Shown in pieces: positions 60,001 to 64,000 of a stretch of 64,000 nucleotides of DNA. Made by a program: the position numbers and the translations under genes. The notes beneath the pieces are model-generated. The model saw only the letters and a list, made by a program, of their open reading frames with translations, made no database searches and was not told where the DNA came from. Location: contig JBHGNT010000014.1 of the NCBI GenBank assembly GCA_043228905.1, positions 6,138,001 through 6,202,000 on the forward strand, written 5' to 3'. How positions within the stretch are numbered: position 1 is the stretch's first letter; every line of letters begins with the position of its first letter. Source of the DNA: Azolla caroliniana. Taxonomy: Eukaryota > Plantae > Polypodiophyta.

Positions 60001-62535
60001 CGTGAATCAAACCTACATTACCTGGTCGATGATCTAACCAACCGACACTAGGTTCTTCGTTATAGTTGGGATGTGCAACACATTCATGAGTTTCCCTTTT
60101 CTCTCGACGTGCCTAAGAGGAACTTCGCCGACATGTTCGGTGGTATGCGGAGTGTCGTCTCCCGTTTTAACCACTCCTTGTGATTCCGGTTTCTCTAAGT
60201 ACGAGAACCATTCCTTGTGACTTGTCATATGATTTGACGCTTTGGAATTGACATACCACACCTCGCTTGATTTCGAGGTGTTCACGACCATTGAGTTGGC
60301 CTTATGCTTCATTACGAAGGTAAGGCCCGCTCCATCTCTGGCTCGTTCGGAGCCCTCAGCGTAGTGTGATCTTTGATGCCTTCCTGCGTCTCTTTTGCTC
60401 GATCCAGCTTTGTTTGAGTCGGCTTGTTTCTTCCAACAATCGCTCTCCCTGTGGCCTTTCTTGCCACAGTACTAGCATTCCGGCACGGTCTTCTCTTGTC
60501 GTCTTCCGGCACCGCCATGACTCCCCCTGCTTGCGGAGGGTTCGGAATTGCTTCCGGAATCTCGATTATGCCATACATTTTGCTCTTTCCGACCGCCTCC
60601 ATTGCGCGCCGATCCGCCTCGTCCACCACGACCACGGGGCCTATCATCCTCCGTGTAAAGCATCTTGCCATCGGCGTGTGCACTCGTCGATGCACCCGCG
60701 TGGTTTTCTTCTACGAACAACATTGACTGAAGCTCGAAAAACGAAGACATAATCTCCCTCGTGCAGACCGCCATTCGGAAAGGTCTTAACTTTGACGCCA
60801 AGCCACCAAGACAAACCTGCACCATTTCAGCTTCCTCGACATTCACGTTGACGGAGGCGAGAGAGTCGCAGATTTCCTTGATCCTGGTGGTGTAATCAGC
60901 GACTGACATATCTCTCTATCATACATTGCTGAGCTCCTATTTGAGCTGCAGCTTTCTGGCCGTTGTGCTGGCGGCGAAAATCCTTTTGAGATTCACCCAC
61001 GCGTCCTTCAGCATCTTGGCATCCCGAATATAGCTCAAAAGTTGATCGCTCACATAGGACGCGAAGCAATACAACACTCTGCTTGCCGCTTGTTCCCAAG
61101 CTAGATAGTCCCTATGTGTCGAGTCGGGTGCCACATCATTTGCTCCTTTGACATAACTCCAGTAGCCATGGCCGAGCAGGTATTGGTGCATCTTGTAAGA
61201 CCAAGATGCGTAGTTACTTCTGTCAAGCTTTTCAGTCAGAAGTGAGCTTCCCATTCCTCTGTCCATAGTACTGTCTTTTTCTTCTCCGAGAGCGAACAGC
61301 TTCAACTCTGTTTTGTCACAAACTTTTCTTGTCGGCTGCAGAGGACTTCAACCCTCGCACTCTGATACCATGTAAAAGAATACGTTGTGCGGAAGCGTAT
61401 GCGAAACATAGAGTACACAGTTCGAAGGAACAAGACAGTTCGGTAAAACACAGAAGACGCAGAGATGGAGAGGGAGAGGGAGAGACAGAGAGAGAGGATA
61501 CACAGAAACACAATTCAAAAATAATACTCAATCTGTACATACACTGTGCTCAATGAGCACCTTTTATACAAGCCCTGACAATAGGGCTGACACAAGTACT
61601 AACAGTACTTGACCGCTCATAAATGAGCCTACTACACAAACTCCCAAAATTATTCCCTTACGAGGAATATCTTTCTAACGGCCTCACGGTTTATGCGTCG
61701 CTACGGCCTATTGTGCGCACGATTTTACGCACCCTGTTTACGCACTAGGTTACGCACCCGATTACACACCGTATGCTGAGCTTGTCTCTCAACAGTTTCG
61801 AACTGCCTGCTTTCCTTTTGGCAACTCCACCAATTCATACGTGTGATTCTCATGCAGGGAATCCATCTCGTCTTGCATGGCACTTAACCACTTGCGGCTA
61901 TGGGTGTCCTCCCTCGCTTCTTCGAAGCTCCCCGGCTCCCCCTCATCGGTTAGCAACACGTGCTCTGGATCCGAAAATGTCCAGGGGGTCCTTCTCTCTC
62001 TTTGAGGATACCTCCAACTTCGGTTTTCGGTAACCAGATCCTGCGCCTGATCTTCATCCGAATCCGATTCGGGATCTTGGGCGGTTCCGGTTCCAGCTTC
62101 CTCTTCTTCTTCATCTGCCAGTTCGGTATCCTCACCGTAACCGGCCGCTTCTTCGAGTGTCAACCGGCTCTCATCCAGGTAGGTCCAAATCTCATCGAAC
62201 CAATCCTTACCAGTCAACTTGGAGTTCATTATCTTCTTCTCCGACTCCCAGTCGGCAAGGGTCTTGTCCTCCATGAAGATAATATCTCAACTCCGGAACA
62301 CCTTCTTGTCAACGATGTCCCACACTCGGTAACCGAACTCATCATCGCCGTATCTGAGGAATATGCAAGGCCGAGACTTTGGATCCAACTTTGCTCTCCG
62401 GTCCTTTACCAGATGCACATAAGCGAGACACCCGAACACCTTTAGATGTCAATAAGACACATTCTTATCGGTCCATACTCTCTGCGGCATGTCTTCGTCC
62501 AAGGGTACTAAGGGTGATATGTTTATCACGAATAT
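54051..62535 (-). mobile_element. Copia A copy (3' LTR about 54051-54565, PPT, RH, RT, INT C-half), interrupted by H and by D2
   Basis: ORFs 54576-55229, 55196-55996 and 61789-62274 are homologous to A1 pol; PPT at 54566-54576. Confidence 0.9.
56008..61794 (-). mobile_element. Ty1/Copia H, full length but degraded; relative of G
   Basis: LTRs 56008-56407 and 61371-61794; TSD GTTTC at 56003-56007 and 61795-61799; iMet PBS at 61360-61370; gag MDRGMGSSLLTEKLDRSNYASW; short ttacgcac repeats in U3. Confidence 0.95.
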
Positions 62536-64000
62536 TGTCGTAGTGTGAATCACACACCACGTGAAATATGTAAAATACTATATCCAATTTAAAGTACGTA
62601 TAATAAATCAAATAAAATATTAAAAATATTTATTACGTGCATAAGGCAAGATTCAAACCCTATACCTCCACATAGACAAACCCCAACCTTACCATTGTAC
62701 TAACTTATCCTCAGTGTGTCAAAATATAGATTTAGTACGTATAAGACCTTTATTTACCAAGGTAAGTCATGCATTTTTTAGAATGCGCGAATACTTTATT
62801 TATAAGAAAAATGTACACCAATAAAAAATGACTCGTGCACATCTAGCGAGCATGAGCACTATATTTACGAAATAAAAGTATAGTGTAAAAAGGCAACTCA
62901 TGCACATTTAGTGTGCATGAACACTTTAGAAAAAGCATGAAGCTATGCTTAGCCTCTTCCATCCTTATATAAGGAGGAGAGAAAGATGTATGGGGGGTTG
63001 TTGATTATTTTACAAGGGTTGATTAATATAATATAATCGTGGGATTCACAAATTTGCTAACTATTTTTCTCTCTTAATCTGAGTACTCACTAATACACTA
63101 TACTCGTGGGATTCACGAGTTTTTCATATCTTTCTTTCTTACAACATATTTCATATTCTTCATTGCCTTAGAATTTTCTTTTCTCCTAGTTCAAAACCTC
63201 AGTGGTTCCCATCCGACTCACGCAAACGATCCGGCGCCGAAAGGCACGATACAAGTGGTGAACCCGACATGAAAACGGGTGGCAAGGATATGGAAAATCA
63301 ACCGGAGGCTAACAACATGATGATGATTTTTGGGTGGATGCTTGAGGAACAACATGCGATGTCGGAGATAGCGGCGGCAGTAGAGCGGCTCGTGCAACGG
63401 ATTGGGCAATTCAACGGAAAGGACGTATCACGCTATCTTCGGGACTACAAGGCGGAAATGCTACGGTGCGGGATTTCGGAAGGACTACAAGTGGCATCCT
63501 TCAACTGGGTGGCTACCGACGAGCTTCAAGCAAGTATCCACGAGCTACGACAACAAAATCTGACGTGGGAAGTGTTTTAAGAGGCGCTAAAGACCACATT
63601 CGCTATCTAGGACTCCTCCAAGGCAACGCGGAGAGGATTCGAGGATTGGGTGGAAACGCCGAACAAGGGTATGAAGGTCCTCGATGTGTATTCAGCATTC
63701 GAAAGTCGGTTCAGGAGGTTGTCTGCGAGAGATCAAGTTATCCTCACACCGGACAAAGTTATCATGTTATTACGAGCCGTAGACGTTGCGCGATACACAA
63801 AAGAGGGGACAATGGCTTGCCAACGAAGAAAAGAGGGTTTCGGAACCGATTCCGAAACCGAGATCCGGATCGGAAGACCATCAACCGTGGCCTCGGGAAG
63901 CTTCGACCGAGAAGGCAATCGATGCAACTACGGTGGAGCAGTTGCTGAAGGAGATGGAGAATCTAAAAATCGCGATGGTGAAGAAGTCGGATGACCGTCC
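62536..64000 (+). mobile_element. Gypsy D2: 5' LTR 62536-63253, tRNA-Trp PBS 63256-63273, degraded gag; continues beyond the window
   Basis: LTR is the reverse complement of the D1 LTRs; PBS TGGTGAACCCGACATGAA matches the plant tRNA-Trp 3' end as I recall it, with one mismatch; gag is homologous to 25900-26727. Confidence 0.92.

Noticed and set aside
63256-63273. gag ATG embedded in the D PBS as a regulatory device
   Set aside because: The ATG corresponds to a CpG position of the tRNA complement and can arise by deamination; a downstream ATG (MENQPEA) is an equally good start.

Overview
The whole 64 kb window is a stack of nested, mostly decayed plant LTR retrotransposons. I found no host gene, rRNA, intact tRNA gene or CRISPR array. 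The mix of lineages (Tcn1-like chromovirus, tRNA-Trp-primed non-chromovirus, Tnt1/Tto1-like Copia) suggests heterochromatin of a non-seed plant such as a moss, which is an inference. I resolved about 12 insertions and gave them working names. Copia family A (Tnt1/Tto1-like) has a near-intact copy A1 at 7508-12958 plus decayed copies. A second Copia group comprises I (1-1861), G (47274-52914) and H (56008-61794). Gypsy B (7468-22938) carries a long extra 3' ORF and has a second fragmented copy B2. The rest are chromovirus C (2834-32309), Trp-primed Gypsy D (4938-27470 and 62536-64000), a Trp-primed LTR E (35586-36625) and Tcn1-like chromovirus F (37381-42575). Four insertions have exact 5-bp target-site duplications. 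The best candidates for something new are: tRNA-like A-box/B-box cassettes lying antisense in the U3 of two unrelated Gypsy lineages; a phased array of stem-loops in the leader of C; a Pol C-terminal extension between two PPT copies in G/H; a coiled-coil extra ORF in B; a Tf1-type self-priming signature in F; and a 1.25-kb tandem trimer of Copia pol. Identities and lineage calls were made by eye and need computational confirmation.
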